In this document: positions 1 to 12,770 of the stretch, piece by piece
Position numbering within the stretch: position 1 is the first letter of the stretch
Layout of the letters: every line of letters begins with the position of its first letter
Assembly: GCA_964016885.1 (NCBI GenBank)
Contig: OZ024741.1
Location: forward strand, 151,962,001-152,026,000
Origin: Eledone cirrhosa
Taxonomy: Eukaryota
Direction of reading: 5' to 3'
Length of the DNA: 64,000 nucleotides
Notes under the pieces: generated by a model
Database searches by the model: none
Seen by the model: only the letters and a program-made list of their open reading frames with translations
What the model was told of the DNA's origin: nothing
Translations under genes and position numbers: made by a program

Positions 1-169
1 CGTCGTAATCCTGATATCTTCCATAACTAATTTTGCAATCAATACCTGATGAAATCGCTTAAATCTTGCATCATGATAGGATGATGAAACTGGTATATTG
101 AAATATGTATAGTGATTTTTCAGAATTAAAATTTTAAAGAAAGTTATATATATATATATATATATATAT

Positions 170-967
170 AAATGAAAATCTAAAAATTAATGTGAGCAAG
201 AAGCCAACCGTATTTCCTAATATATAAGTGACTATAACGTCAAAATGGAAAATAATTAACGTAAGATATGGGAAAATAATTCAAACTCAATTCAAAAAAA
301 TCAAGACAGAGATTTTATCCACAGATTTTGTGAAATCCAGGGAAAAAAACCAATAGAGTCTTAACTCAGAATAAAATAAAGTTTAAATACTCACCCTTCA
401 ATTTGGAAAAACTACAAATGCTCTATATAGTCTTAAAAAGACTATTTCACGAAACTTTTCAGTGGTATTAGTCACGGTAGGAACCGTTCCTCAGTAGAGC
501 TCTACACGACAACCAAAGGTGCCACTGCCAAAATATGCCAAAAAGGGAATTTAAAAGCAGGCTAGTTCACCTCGTGCGGAATTATGATAATAAACACACA
601 TGGAGAGACGTGGCTGGTGACGTCAGAATGAGACGAATGTCTATTTACAAGAAACAGCAGTCAAAAACATTCCGAAAAAACTCTACAAAATGTAAGGAGT
701 TCAGCAAAATAGCAATATTATCGCGATTTGAAAAAAAAAAAAGACCGGGATTAGTCACAAATAATTTTAAGCACTCCAGGAAAAATTCCGAGTATAAATA
801 TAAATGAAAATATAGAAATTAATGTGAGCAAGAAGCCAACAGTATTTCATAATATATAAGTGACTATAACGTCAAAATGGAAAATAATTAACGTAAGATA
901 TGGGAAAATAATTCAAACTCAATTCAAAAAAATCAAGACAGAGATTTTATCCACAGATTTTGTGAAA
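170..967. repeat. ~165-bp direct repeat (170-337 and 802-967) next to a (TA)n tract; probable tandem pseudo-LTR fragment
   Basis: aatgtgagcaagaagccaac...ccacagattttgtgaaat occurs twice, near-identical; a hammerhead motif follows at 1203. Confidence 0.75.
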
Positions 968-1202
968 TATATCCAATTGAGTTCTTAAACACGTGGTTAA
1001 AATACCTAACAGGCTTCAATGACCAGCGTGTATATTGTTTTATATTTTAAGATGACCTGCCTTTTCCTTTTTGGGGACAGTGTGAATTTTCTTTTTGAAG
1101 GACTACTGGCTTTTCAAATCTAGCTGTCCTTTTAGCACTGACGGAGACCATCACTAATTATTAATATCGATGTAGTTTTTTTATATCGATATTGCATGGG
1201 CA

Positions 1203-1325
1203 TCCACTGATGAGTTATAAGGGCCCGCTTGTGTGTATATCTATGGATTATATACAAGTTTCTACATAACCTGGACATTATTTATCCCAAATTGTAGAAA
1301 TCTTATAACGAAACGATCGTATGGA
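1203..1325 (+). ncRNA. Type I hammerhead ribozyme with expanded branched stem II
   Basis: Stem I TCCA/TGGA; CTGATGA 1207-1213; stem II GTTATAAG/CTTATAAC; GAAA 1310-1313; palindromic stem III CGATCG; GUA cleavage triplet ending 1321. Confidence 0.85.
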
Positions 1326-1774
1326 AGGAAAGAGAGATTTATTTCATTATATCTCATATAAAATAATACAACCAGCTCTCCACGGAATACTGTATAGTTA
1401 GCACCCCAAACACTAAATTGGGATTAAACTTAGGTATATCCTAATGTTTGTTGAGTGAGATGGAGTTGGTCAGAGTATCGCTTAAAGCTTTCTCTGTTAA
1501 TGTATTAAATATATATATATATATATGGGAGGATGCATATTTTTATACGCATATATATGAATATATGTATATAAATGTGAGTATATATTATTTCAGTTAT
1601 ATAACTAAACCACCACAACAATGGCAACAAATAAATAATTATTGATTCATCTGTTTTCATCTCTCTTTATCTTCTCTTTTTTATTATTGCTATCATCTCA
1701 GTGATGAACCATCAAAGCAGCCGGAATCTCTGAGGAAATGGTCTTCTTTATCAAACACTACTGCTTCCGCTGTT

Positions 1775-2168
<394 letters not shown>

Positions 2169-2375
2169 CAAAGAAGAAGAAGAATGATAATGATGAGGTT
2201 TCAAGGAAGAGAAGAAAGAAACGATGTATTGAGTGGATGGCAAAGTGGAAGGTGGTGGGGAAGTTGGGGATGGAATCTTTTGTTTTCGTTTGCTTTTGTT
2301 TCATTTTGGGATTTTTTTCATATTGATTTGTTTCGTTAATTTATCTTTCCTTTGTGTGAGGTGAATAAGGTTTAT

Positions 2376-2562
2376 GTGGATTGGCAGTATCGGTAGAGGG
2401 TCGGACGCCATGCTTTGATGCAAAGAGTTACGGCCCTTGCCATTCTGAGTTCAAATCCCGCCGAGGTTAACTTTGCCTTTCATCCTTACGGGGTCGATAA
2501 AATAAAGTACCAGTAATACATTGGGTTATTGTTGGCCTTGTGCCAAAAGTAGAAACAATTAT
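2376..2562 (+). mobile_element. tRNA-derived SINE, family A
   Basis: A-box-like tggcagtatcgg, B-box gagttcaaatcc, core ctttcatccttacggggtcgataaaataaagtaccag, tail agaaacaattatt; several near-identical copies in window. Confidence 0.9.
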
Positions 2563-3135
2563 TATGATGAGGAGCAGTAGGTGGAGGAGGAGGATAATGA
2601 GGAGGGAATGGTGAGGAGGAAGAAAATAATGGTGAGGATGATGTGGATGAGGATGTGGAGGATGATGAGGAGGCTGATGAGGATGATGATGATGAGGAGG
2701 AGGAGGAGGAGGACTATACGGACATTTTACTCGAGTTTCTAAGCTTTTCTTTATAGCGTTCGACTGTTGTAACAGTTATTTTCTACGTTTGGGAAGTCTA
2801 TATTTTCAAATTTCAAATTACCCAGCGCCTCGGTAATTCATAAGATTTGTTATTTCCGTCACCAGACGCAATCAGTTTACTATAGCACCATCATTTAGAC
2901 AAAATGGAAGGTCAGCTACCCCATAGTATAATGAAAGATTAACATGTTCCCCGTATTCGTGAGAAATAGAGTTCGATTCTCCGAACCTGGTGTTGGTAAC
3001 TTTTTTCTGTCTATAGGGGTAGTTTACCCAATTTTTAAAGCTCTTATTTTTTGCAGTCAACTTTGATACAGTTATTTTTCATGTTTGGCACTAAAATGTT
3101 TTCAAATTTCAAATCACCCAACGCTTACATAATTC

Positions 3136-3192
<57 letters not shown>

Positions 3193-3346
3193 GAAAACAA
3201 GTTATTGTTATAGGTAATCCAGTTAGAGGTTGTGAGTACTCTGTATTGTGGATAGTTTCAATGTACGGCGTTGTTTGACTCAACAAGAGGTTTCCATAGT
3301 TAGGTAGCGAGTTCGCGAGAATTCCTACGCAGGTTATTCTTGGAGT

Positions 3347-3521
3347 AATAATTGTTTCTACTTTTGGCACAAGGCCAGCAATTACCCAGTGTATTACTGG
3401 TACTTTATTTTATCGACCCCGTAAGGATGAAAGGCAAAGTTAACCTCGGCGGGATTTGAACTCAGAATGGCAAGGGCCGTAACTCTATGCGTCAAAGCAT
3501 GGCGTCCGACCCTCTACCGAT
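3347..3521 (-). mobile_element. tRNA-derived SINE, family A
   Basis: Reverse complement of the 2376-2562 element. Confidence 0.9.
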
Positions 3522-3757
3522 AGTGAAAGATTGAAGAATAACATGGTCGGCTGTACAAAAAAGGTTTTATTTCAGGTATTGACAGTTGTTTCATTGATCA
3601 GGTGAGTCTAAAGGCCGCTAATCACTCGAAGTTGCGTCACTCGACCTTAAATACAGTGTTTACCTCTGATCAAATCATCGGAATACTAGAGTTTTTATAT
3701 ATGGCATCGGTATATATATAGAGATACAACGGAGAATCAAAACAATAACATCAATAA

Positions 3758-4675
3758 TCTACTTATATATATAACCAGCAATTTCTCTGTCTGTCCGACA
3801 GTGGAAATACGTGCGTAGAGAGAGAGTGAGAGTGAAAGAAAGAGACAGACTACGAGAGGGGGATAGCGGGAGGGAGAGAGGGAGAGAGAGTGAATAGACG
3901 CTAAAACACGTGCTACAGAAATATTACCTTCCCCTCTCCACTGACTTTGGTCACTGAGGCCGAGGGAATCGCTGGTTGCTATAGAGACACCTTGCACAAG
4001 CCAGAAGTAACCAGTTCGAGGCGGTTCTGACTTGATACCATGCGAAGAAGGTTGCCATTGAATTTGTGGTTTGAAGAAGGTTGCCATTGAATTTGTGGTT
4101 GTTGCTGCTGATAATAAGGACCATTTGATGAAGGTTGCTGCTGATGAGGTAATTTATTAATCAGATTGCGCAGTTCCATAACCTACGTTTGATTTGTTCA
4201 ATTTTTTTTTGTTGTTTTTTTTTATTTCTTATTGAAAAAATATAAATAATAAAATAAGGTTAGAAATTTAAATACAATTAAATACGATTTAATTTCCATT
4301 TCCAGCAGCCAATGTCCAGTGTTCAATTTCATGAAAAAATTGGAAATAATTCAAAAAATTGAAGTTTAACTTTTGAACATTTGTTTTGACAATAAAACAT
4401 ATTTCCTTATTCACACTTAATGGTATGATTAAAATTTCATAGGAATATTTTTTTCTAACCGCCAGTTATTTATTTTCTCCTTTTTCGTTTTAACATATAT
4501 TTATTTCAAAGATTTTACCGTATAGATAACATATATATTTATACATGCATAAAAAACACACCGAGAGACGGTGAACATGTGGTGCCGAAAACATTTCTCA
4601 TCCAAATCTCAACAATATCAGTATATACACTAGATTTGCTAGCAGAAAACCGCCCACAGGGTGGTTTTCTGCTAG
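3758..4675 (+). mobile_element. Non-autonomous Helitron-like element
   Basis: 5' A|TC start (tctacttatatat), subterminal hairpin gcagaaaaccgccc/gggtggttttctgc, 3' CTAG at 4672-4675. Confidence 0.75.
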
Positions 4676-4975
4676 TCTCTATATATAAAACTGAGGATGT
4701 CTGTCTGTGTGTGTGTGAGTTTGAATCCCTAAAACTCGAGAACCACCCAACCGACTGTTTTCAAACTTTACACATGTAATACTTATGCTTCAGGGAGTGT
4801 TGTGAGCAAAGGAAATTTCGAAATTTTCAATGCATTAGGCGATTTAGCTATCGCGATCTATAATTTTTAGTCTTTCACTTTTTAGATAGATACATACATA
4901 TAACGTCACGCCCTTATAATATCTGTCTGCATGTCTGACTGTCTGCATTACGTCACTTCCTTGAGGATGTCTGTA

Positions 4976-5035
<60 letters not shown>

Positions 5036-5881
5036 TTTGAATGCCTAAAACTCGAGAACCACCCAACCGACTGTTTTTAAACTTTACACATGTAATACTT
5101 ATGTTTCAGGGAGTGTTGTGAACAAAAGAAATTTCAAAATTTTCAATGCCCTAGGGACCGCATTAGGCGATTTAGCTATCTCTCTCTATAATTCTTAGTC
5201 TTTCGCTTTTTAGATAGATACATACATACATATAACGTCACGCCCTTATAATATCTGTCTGTATGTCTGCTTGTCTGTATTACGTCACTTCCCTGAGGAT
5301 GTCTTTGTGTGTGTGTGTGTCTGTGAGTTTGAATCCCTAAAACTCTAGAAGTACCCAACCGACTTTTTTCAAAATTTACATGTGTATTACTTATGTTTCA
5401 GGGAGTGTTATGCACATAAAACATTAGGGCTCGCATTAGGTGAAAAACTTCGTTTTTTTCAGGTTTTTATGGGTTTTTTTAGTCGTTACGTCAGACTGAT
5501 TTCCTTGAAATTCTAACTATGTATTAGTCAATCTCTTCTTCATACCGTGAGCAAAGAAAATCCAATTTTTTTATGGCCTAGGTGAAAAACTTCATTTTTT
5601 CATTTTTAGGGCTTTTTTGAGGCGTTACGTCTAGCCGATTTTCCCGATATTTCAAGGCATATTATGCCCATAAAAAAATTCATTTTCTTGATCCCCTAGG
5701 GATGAAAACCTGCATTTCTCCTGCTTCATCGAGGAAAATCTTAAAGATTATCCAGCCATCAGAATATTCGGTTTATTTTCTTTACATATTGTACACGCAT
5801 GCAGTTTTTCCACGATTAGGTCTGTTGGCGGCCCGCGTTCCAAAATACCTTATCCCGTGCAACGTTGGGTACCACTGCTAG
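4676..5881 (+). mobile_element. Non-autonomous Helitron-like element with ~300-bp internal tandem repeats
   Basis: Starts tctctatatataaa, ends cccgtgcaacgttggg...CTAG|T; unit gaggatgtct...gagtttgaat..ctaaaactc recurs at ~4693, ~4963 and ~5295. Confidence 0.75.
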
Positions 5882-6621
5882 TAAAAGTTAATTCCGTTGT
5901 ATCTCTATATATACCGATGCCATAAGTAAAAACTCTAGTATTTCAATGATTTGATCAGAGGTAAACACTGTATTTAAGGTCGATTGACGCAACTTCGAAT
6001 GATTAGGAGCCTTTAGACTCACCTGATCAATGAAACAATTGTTAATACCTGAATTAAAACCCTTTTTGTACAGTCGACCATGTTACTCTTCAATATTTCA
6101 CTATATATATATGGGAACAGAAATGGCTGTGTAGTTGCTATTTAAAGTAACTTAAAATGCAGTGGGAATACAAAGAAAGCAAGAACATGGGGTGGGGTTC
6201 CTCATCAGTTGTCTACTGGGGTCTAGGATATTTCTACGCTTTAAAGACAAGATACCACTTCACCCCAGGGCGTCAATAACTGGATAAGTTATTGGAAAAA
6301 CGAAGGAATGGGAGAAGGAAAGCAAAGGGGAAGAAAAGAGAAACAGTAACAAAACAGCGGAAAAAAACACAAACCGAGCAATGTGCGAGCAACTATAGGT
6401 AGGAGATCCAGGACTACTCGATAATAGAACTTAAGTTCGAGACCGAGTAATCGAGAGAAAGAAGACACACGTCTGATGGTCGCAGTTGTAAGTGAGAAGA
6501 GAACTGCTAAACGGTCAGATGAGGGTGTGAATATATAATATATAACGAAGAAAGTCGGGTAAGTAACCAGGTGGACCATAACACACCAAAGTACTCAATA
6601 CTTAGGGTAGTAGAGTGGGTA

Positions 6622-6728
6622 ATAGGAGCGAGTAGGACCCCGACGGCTGAGCTCAAGCCGTTTCGACGGCTAATTCTGGAATTAGCCGTCGAAATGGCTT
6701 GAGCTCAGCCGTCGGGGTCCTACTCGTT

Positions 6729-6733
<5 letters not shown>
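6622..6733. repeat. Near-perfect 112-bp palindrome made from the 3' half of a hammerhead
   Basis: Centre ggctaattc-tg-gaattagcc; each strand reads GTC-GAAA-YGGC-ttgagctca-GCCG-TC-GGGGTCC. Confidence 0.85.
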
Positions 6734-6774
<41 letters not shown>

Positions 6775-6779
<5 letters not shown>

Positions 6780-7236
6780 ATACTTTGGGAGGGTCATGTT
6801 GCCAATAAGAAACACACGCACCAGTTGCTTTCACTTCAATTTATTATATATTTATAAATTTATAAATTTACAAATCTACAAACTTATAAATTTCTGGTTG
6901 GTTGGTTGGTTCCACAACCAGATAGTTGTTTATATATAGTCATAGTCCTTTCGTCACACACTCTGTGACCTCTTCAGTGACTGGGGATTCCTTTCTTTGT
7001 TTCTGTGCCTTTCCTTTCTTCTGTCCTACGCCATTTTGTTTCTGTGTGTGTGTTGTGTGCTCAGTTTGCGCATGCGCCACATCCGGGTGTCTGTGTGTGT
7101 TTGTGTTCATTTATCTATTTGTTTATTTATTTATTTATGTGTTTCTTATTGGCAACATGACCCTCCCAAAGTATAACAATATCGGTTTCAACACACGATT
7201 TCAGATAAAGAATCTTGCTAAACAAATTCAGAAACG

Positions 7237-7240
<4 letters not shown>
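6775..7240. mobile_element. (TA)n-flanked element with internal inversion; second copy at 10639-11156
   Basis: attgttatactttgggagggtcatgttgccaataagaaacac at start and its reverse complement at ~7139-7181; same family at 10639-11156. Confidence 0.75.
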
Positions 7241-7299
<59 letters not shown>

Positions 7300-7302
<3 letters not shown>

Positions 7303-7735
7303 CTGTTCCTTCTCCTTCTCTTCTGACCCCTCTCGCCTTCTTTTTACCTTGGACATCAACTCTCTACACCATCATCCCTCACGATGCCGGCTTCCGTGCT
7401 CTCCGACACTTTTGGACCTACGCCCTACACCCCATATAGCACTTTTACTCTTCGCGTTGCTGAGTTCGTTCTCACTCTCACTGATTTTCAGGAGAATTTT
7501 ACCAACAGGTGGGTAGCCATGAGTACTAGAATGGTCCATAACTGTGCCAACTTATTCGTTAGTTACGTTGAGGTCTTGATCTCTTCCCAGTACACTGGGT
7601 CGATCCTCGAGCTTTACGATCATTACATCGACGATCTTTCCTGTGAACAGCTCGACCCATTTCTTGCTTTCGTCCAGTCTTTTCATCCTGCCCTTACCTT
7701 CATCACCTCCGTCTCCAACTCTACCATCCAACAAA
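7300..7735 (+). pseudogene. Penelope-like reverse transcriptase fragment (frameshifted)
   Basis: LLFTLDINSL/YTIIPHDAGFRALRHF, VAMSTRMVHNCANLFVSYVE and YIDD motifs across ORFs 6926, 7215 and 7384. Confidence 0.85.
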
Positions 7736-8334
7736 CGGGTTAGCTTAAAAACCACTGGAAAAAAATGTTAATTACAAATGTGACTGTTGCAATGCAATAG
7801 TCGATCACTATAAATAACAGTTGAGAAAACTGTGTACAGTTCCCCTAGAGACGGGAAACTGGATAGAGGCGTCTGCGATGTATGAAACCTCGCATGTTTC
7901 GGGTGCTGGACAAGAACGTTAACTATTATGTGAAAGAATTCTGGGCCACCTGTTCTCAGTCTGGTCTCGAACCGTTACAACTCGTGAAACCTATGTTTTG
8001 CTTATACTTCTAACTTCGAGATTAAATCTTCTAAAAAGACGGAATAGTTGAACAAATCAAGTAAAATACTTCTGGAACCCTCTGTATCCACGTTTTATTT
8101 TTCCGTCTCCAGGTATTTTACACGATGTATGAAAAGAAAATAAGTATTAATACGAGTGCTAATATTATGCAAATTTTACGACCCTTTCAGTGGTATATAC
8201 GTGACAATTACGTATTTATTTCGATAATCAGTTAAAAGTTTTACCATTTTTTTTAATTTACATCCCTCAATACACAATATGTTAATTTGTATACTCATTC
8301 TCATTTATGCAACCTCGGTGACCTCTGTACTGAG

Positions 8335-8406
<72 letters not shown>

Positions 8407-8589
8407 TGTGTGTGTGTACAATCTCGAGTAACTTCTGACTATCAGCAGTTTTAAGGTGAACGTCTTAATCATATATAAATGCTCAACTCCCACATGATGA
8501 GTTGAGTGCTCTTTTCTTTCGTTTGTACCAACAACTCTGAGTATGTGTGTCTGTGTACGCGCATGTGAGTGTGTGTATGCGTGTGTTTG

Positions 8590-8672
<83 letters not shown>

Positions 8673-8675
8673 TGC

Positions 8676-8709
<34 letters not shown>

Positions 8710-8959
8710 GCCCGCTATGAGACAGCGCTTTATGATTTTGTCTGTCTTTCACTTTTAATTTTGGATTGACAGCATAACGTGTTGCCATGGCAACCGATGT
8801 CGACAAGTGCAGAGACTAGAGCTGTTGCTGTGGAAACAATCTATAATGCCATTAGACTATCTGCTGATAGAACGGTGCGTAAAATGATAGTAATGGCACA
8901 CTAAGTTCTTCATGTGATATGTTAGCATTTGAGTTGTTGTTTTTGATATGTATATACTC

Positions 8960-9044
<85 letters not shown>

Positions 9045-9260
9045 TACATATATGTATATATACATATATATGTATGTGGTTTTTATTTTTGCTCTTTCCA
9101 TTGTGAGTTCAAATCCCACCGAGGTCAACTCTGACGTTCTTTCTCGGTAGATAAAATAAAGTACCAGGCATTTACTGAGGTCGTTTTAATCAACTTCACA
9201 ATTCCCTTAAATTACTGGGCATGCGCCTAAAGTAGACATCATTATTGTTGTTGTTGTTAC

Positions 9261-9302
<42 letters not shown>

Positions 9303-9466
9303 GCGCTCCATTATCCACTTTTCTAAAAAATAAATCATACACAAAACGCCAGCACCAACAGTATGGCAAAAGATGTCAACATGAATGGACCTATTATTTT
9401 TATCTAAAGACATTCTTTCCAATTCCATCCCGCCCGTTCCCTTAATCTATTTTATTTTTCATTCTT

Positions 9467-9502
9467 TCTTCTGGTGAAGGACTAGCGTCCGAAACGTTAA
9501 GA
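9467..9502 (+). ncRNA. Minimal hammerhead-like motif (core CTGGTGA, one mutation); related decayed copy on minus strand ~34015-34050
   Basis: TCTT-CTGGTGA-A-GGAC-tagc-GTCC-GAAA-CG-TT-AAGA. Confidence 0.6.
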
Positions 9503-9583
9503 CCCTCTTCCTGCTATATCAAGCGTTAACCTAATATATACCTTCCATATACTGACCCGATTGTGTTGTCATTTCTGTTTACC

Positions 9584-9640
<57 letters not shown>

Positions 9641-9690
9641 CGTCAATACAACTTTCTCCGGCTTAGCCTGTTCCCCCCCTTTTGGAACTT

Positions 9691-9726
9691 TCCCCCGTTG
9701 ATGGGCGTGAGCCCGAAATATTGGGA
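9691..9726 (+). ncRNA. Minimal hammerhead variant with CCGTTGA core
   Basis: TCCC-CCGTTGA-T-GGGC-gtga-GCCC-GAAA-TA-TT-GGGA; homologous motif at 17505-17540 (-). Confidence 0.6.
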
Positions 9727-9941
9727 TTAAATCTCCACTACGGTAACCCTTCTATCTTTGTTTTGTTTTCATTTTCGTTTCTCTCAATTTTCACTTTTCT
9801 CCTATTTCTCACTCACTTCCTACCTCGAGATTTCCCATCTGCATTGTTGTGGCTTTCTAAACTACATATTTTATATATATATATATATATATATAAAATA
9901 TGTAGTTTAGAAATCCACAACAATGCAGATGGGAAATCTCG

Positions 9942-10007
<66 letters not shown>

Positions 10008-10020
10008 GGCCACACACTCT

Positions 10021-10072
<52 letters not shown>

Positions 10073-10076
<4 letters not shown>

Positions 10077-10388
10077 ATTAAATAAATGGAAACTATATTT
10101 ATAAAACCATATTTATTTCATTATATATATTTCAGGGATATCATATTAACAATATGCTATGCCTTCCTCAGACAAAATACAATATAAACAGTTTTATAGA
10201 TAAATAAACCTTTTCAAATGCAAGTCGATGTTGTTACGGTATGTCGAATCTATTTATCTATAAAACTATTTATATTGTATTTTGTCTGAGGAAGGCATAG
10301 CATATTGTTAATATGATATCCCTGAAATATATATAATGAAATAAATATGGTTTTATAAATATAGTTTCCATTTATTTAATATTGTAAA
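10073..10388. repeat. Inverted repeat carrying two back-to-back hammerheads (10114-10179 minus, 10278-10343 plus)
   Basis: TATTTTGT-CTGAGGA-AGG...CCT-GAAA-TATATA-TA-ATGAAATA on the plus arm, mirrored on the minus arm. Confidence 0.8.
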
Positions 10389-10470
10389 TATACTCCAAAT
10401 ATTTGTCGAGTGCTTTTATATCAGTTATAAATATTTACTAGTTGTAACCCAACAATTTAAATATAACTTT

Positions 10471-10542
<72 letters not shown>

Positions 10543-10599
10543 AAAGTTATATTTAAATTGTTGGGTTACAACTAGTAAATATTTATAACTGATATAAAA

Positions 10600-10638
<39 letters not shown>

Positions 10639-10643
<5 letters not shown>

Positions 10644-11154
10644 ATACTTTGGGAGGGTCATGTTGCCAATAAGAAACACACGCACCAGTTGCTTTCACTT
10701 CAATTTAATTTATTAAAAATATTTATAAATTTACAAATTTATAAATTTCTGGTTGGTTGGTTCCACAACCAGATAGTTGTTTATATATATATAGTCATAG
10801 TTCTTTCGTCACACACTCTGTGACCTCTTCAGTGACTGAATGGCGTAGGATAGAAGAAAAGGAAAGGCACAGAAACGAAGAAAGAAATCCCCAGTCACTG
10901 AAGAGGTCACAGAGTGTGTGACGAAAGAACTATGACTATATATATATAAACAACTATCTGGTTGTGGAACCAACCAACCAACCAGAAATTTATAAATTTG
11001 TAAATTTATAAATATTTTTAATAAATTAAATTGAAGTGAAAGCAACTGGTGCGTGTGTTTCTTATTGGCAACATGACCCTCCCAAAGTATAACAATATCG
11101 GTTTCAACACACGATTTCAGATAAAGAATCTTGCTAAACAAATTCAGAAACGAA

Positions 11155-11156
<2 letters not shown>
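10639..11156. mobile_element. (TA)n-flanked element with ~200-bp inverted arms (10639-10838 / 10891-11095)
   Basis: Arms are reverse complements; same family as 6775-7240. Confidence 0.8.
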
Positions 11157-11215
<59 letters not shown>

Positions 11216-12119
11216 TGTGTGGCCGAATGGCTAGAACGTTGGACAGACAAAATGCCACGGAGTATTTATTCCACCTCTTTACAATCGTAGTTCAAATTCC
11301 GTTGAAGAAGGTATCTTTACCTTTCCTTCTTCTACGTACGACAAGTACCAGTCAAGTATTGAGGTCTATATAATCGACGTTCTCCGTCCAAGTTACTGCT
11401 CTTGTCCTTAAAATGAACGTACGTGTGGTTCACCATTCCACAGACACCTAACCCTTTCAAGGAGATTCAGCGTGACCCAATGTGTTAAAAGACTAACTTA
11501 TTGAACTATAGGTATAACTCATTTGTACCATCTGGTTTAACTGGTGTAACGTGAAATAAGGAGTCTTGTTCAATGATACAACACGCCCTAAGAAATTCGA
11601 GACCACGACTATACGATTGTGATTTAACAACTTAGCCCCATTAGGTGCCCCATCAGTTCGCAATTTCACTTTGTCAAATAAGATGCAAGTGGCACAATAC
11701 GTTCAAGAATCGTTCAAACTTAGGCCTTGTAGGTGAGTTACTGCTGCCAACAATTTCTAGTTCACTTTGTAATACCGGAGAACATCTAAGCGATCGATCG
11801 ATATGCTAGAAATAGTAGCCAATTCACTCTAGATTTTCCCTCTATCTATAAAGTTTTGTCTAAATTTTACAGATTGGTAAATCATATCATTAACATAAAT
11901 GTTAAATACAAAAGAATCGAATTCTGATGAGTTGGTGGTCGTAATTGAGGGATTTTTTTTACCAATTGATGTTAGTGTTTTTAGTGGTGATGATAGCCCT
12001 GGTTTGGCAATGTTTTAGCTGCTGCTATGTTCTTTGTTGTTTTTATTGGTGGTAGTGGTGGTTTGGGGTGGGGGGGGGGATTGGTATTGGTGGTAATACT
12101 GTAGTTTGGATTTGTACCT

Positions 12120-12770
12120 GTTATGCTGCTGCTGTTGTTGTTGTTGTTTGTGTTATTGATGTTAATAGTAGTAGTGTTGTTGTTGTTATTGCTTTTTTGG
12201 AGGGTTGATATAATTTGTAGTGGTGTTGTTGTTGCTACTGCTGCTGGTGCTGCTTCTCCTGCTGCTGCTGTTGCTGCTGGTGTTATTGTTGTTGTTGATA
12301 TAATTTGTAGTGGTGTTGTTGTTGCTACTGTTGCTGGTGCTGCTGCTCCTGCTGCTGCTGGTGTTATTGTTGTTGTTGATATAATTTGTAGTGATGTTGT
12401 TGTTGCTACTGTTGCTGGTGCTGCTGCTCCTGCTGCTGCTGGTGGTGGTGTTATTGTTGTTGTTGATATTTGTAGTAGTATTGTTGTTGCTACTGTTGCT
12501 GTTGTTGCTGGTGTTGTTGTTGCTACTGTTGTTGTTACTGCTGTTTTTGGGGGTTGTTATATAATGTGTAGTAATGTTGTTGTTGTTACTGTTGCTGTTG
12601 TTACTGCTGTTATTGCTGTTCTTGATATGTGTAGTAATGGTGGTCTTGCTGTTGTCCTCGTTCTTATTGTTGCTGCTGGTGGTGATGCTATTTATATTAA
12701 TGACATTGGTGTTGTTTCTGTTCTTGTCATCGTTGTTGTTGTTCTGGCTGCTGTTGTTATATTCGTTGTT
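12120..12770. repeat. (GTT/GCT)-rich simple repeat with higher-order ~80-bp unit
   Basis: gatataatttgtagtg.tgttgttgttgctact recurs at ~12207, ~12297 and ~12378. Confidence 0.9.

Larger units (their letters stand above)
3521..6103. repeat. ~210-bp inverted repeat (3521-3734 / 5891-6103), each arm with a degenerate hammerhead
   Basis: Arms are reverse complements; minus 3576-3686 reads GTATT-CCGATGA-TTTGATCAG...CTGATCAAT-GAAA-CAACTG-TC-AATAC; plus copy at 5938-6048. Confidence 0.8.

Noticed and set aside
40-100. CTGATGA...GAAACTGGTA hammerhead-like motif
   Set aside because: Stem I register is off by one and stem II pairs poorly; possible decayed copy only
4690-5440. CRISPR-like or satellite array
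   Set aside because: Long imperfect tandem units without unique spacers, inside a Helitron-like element
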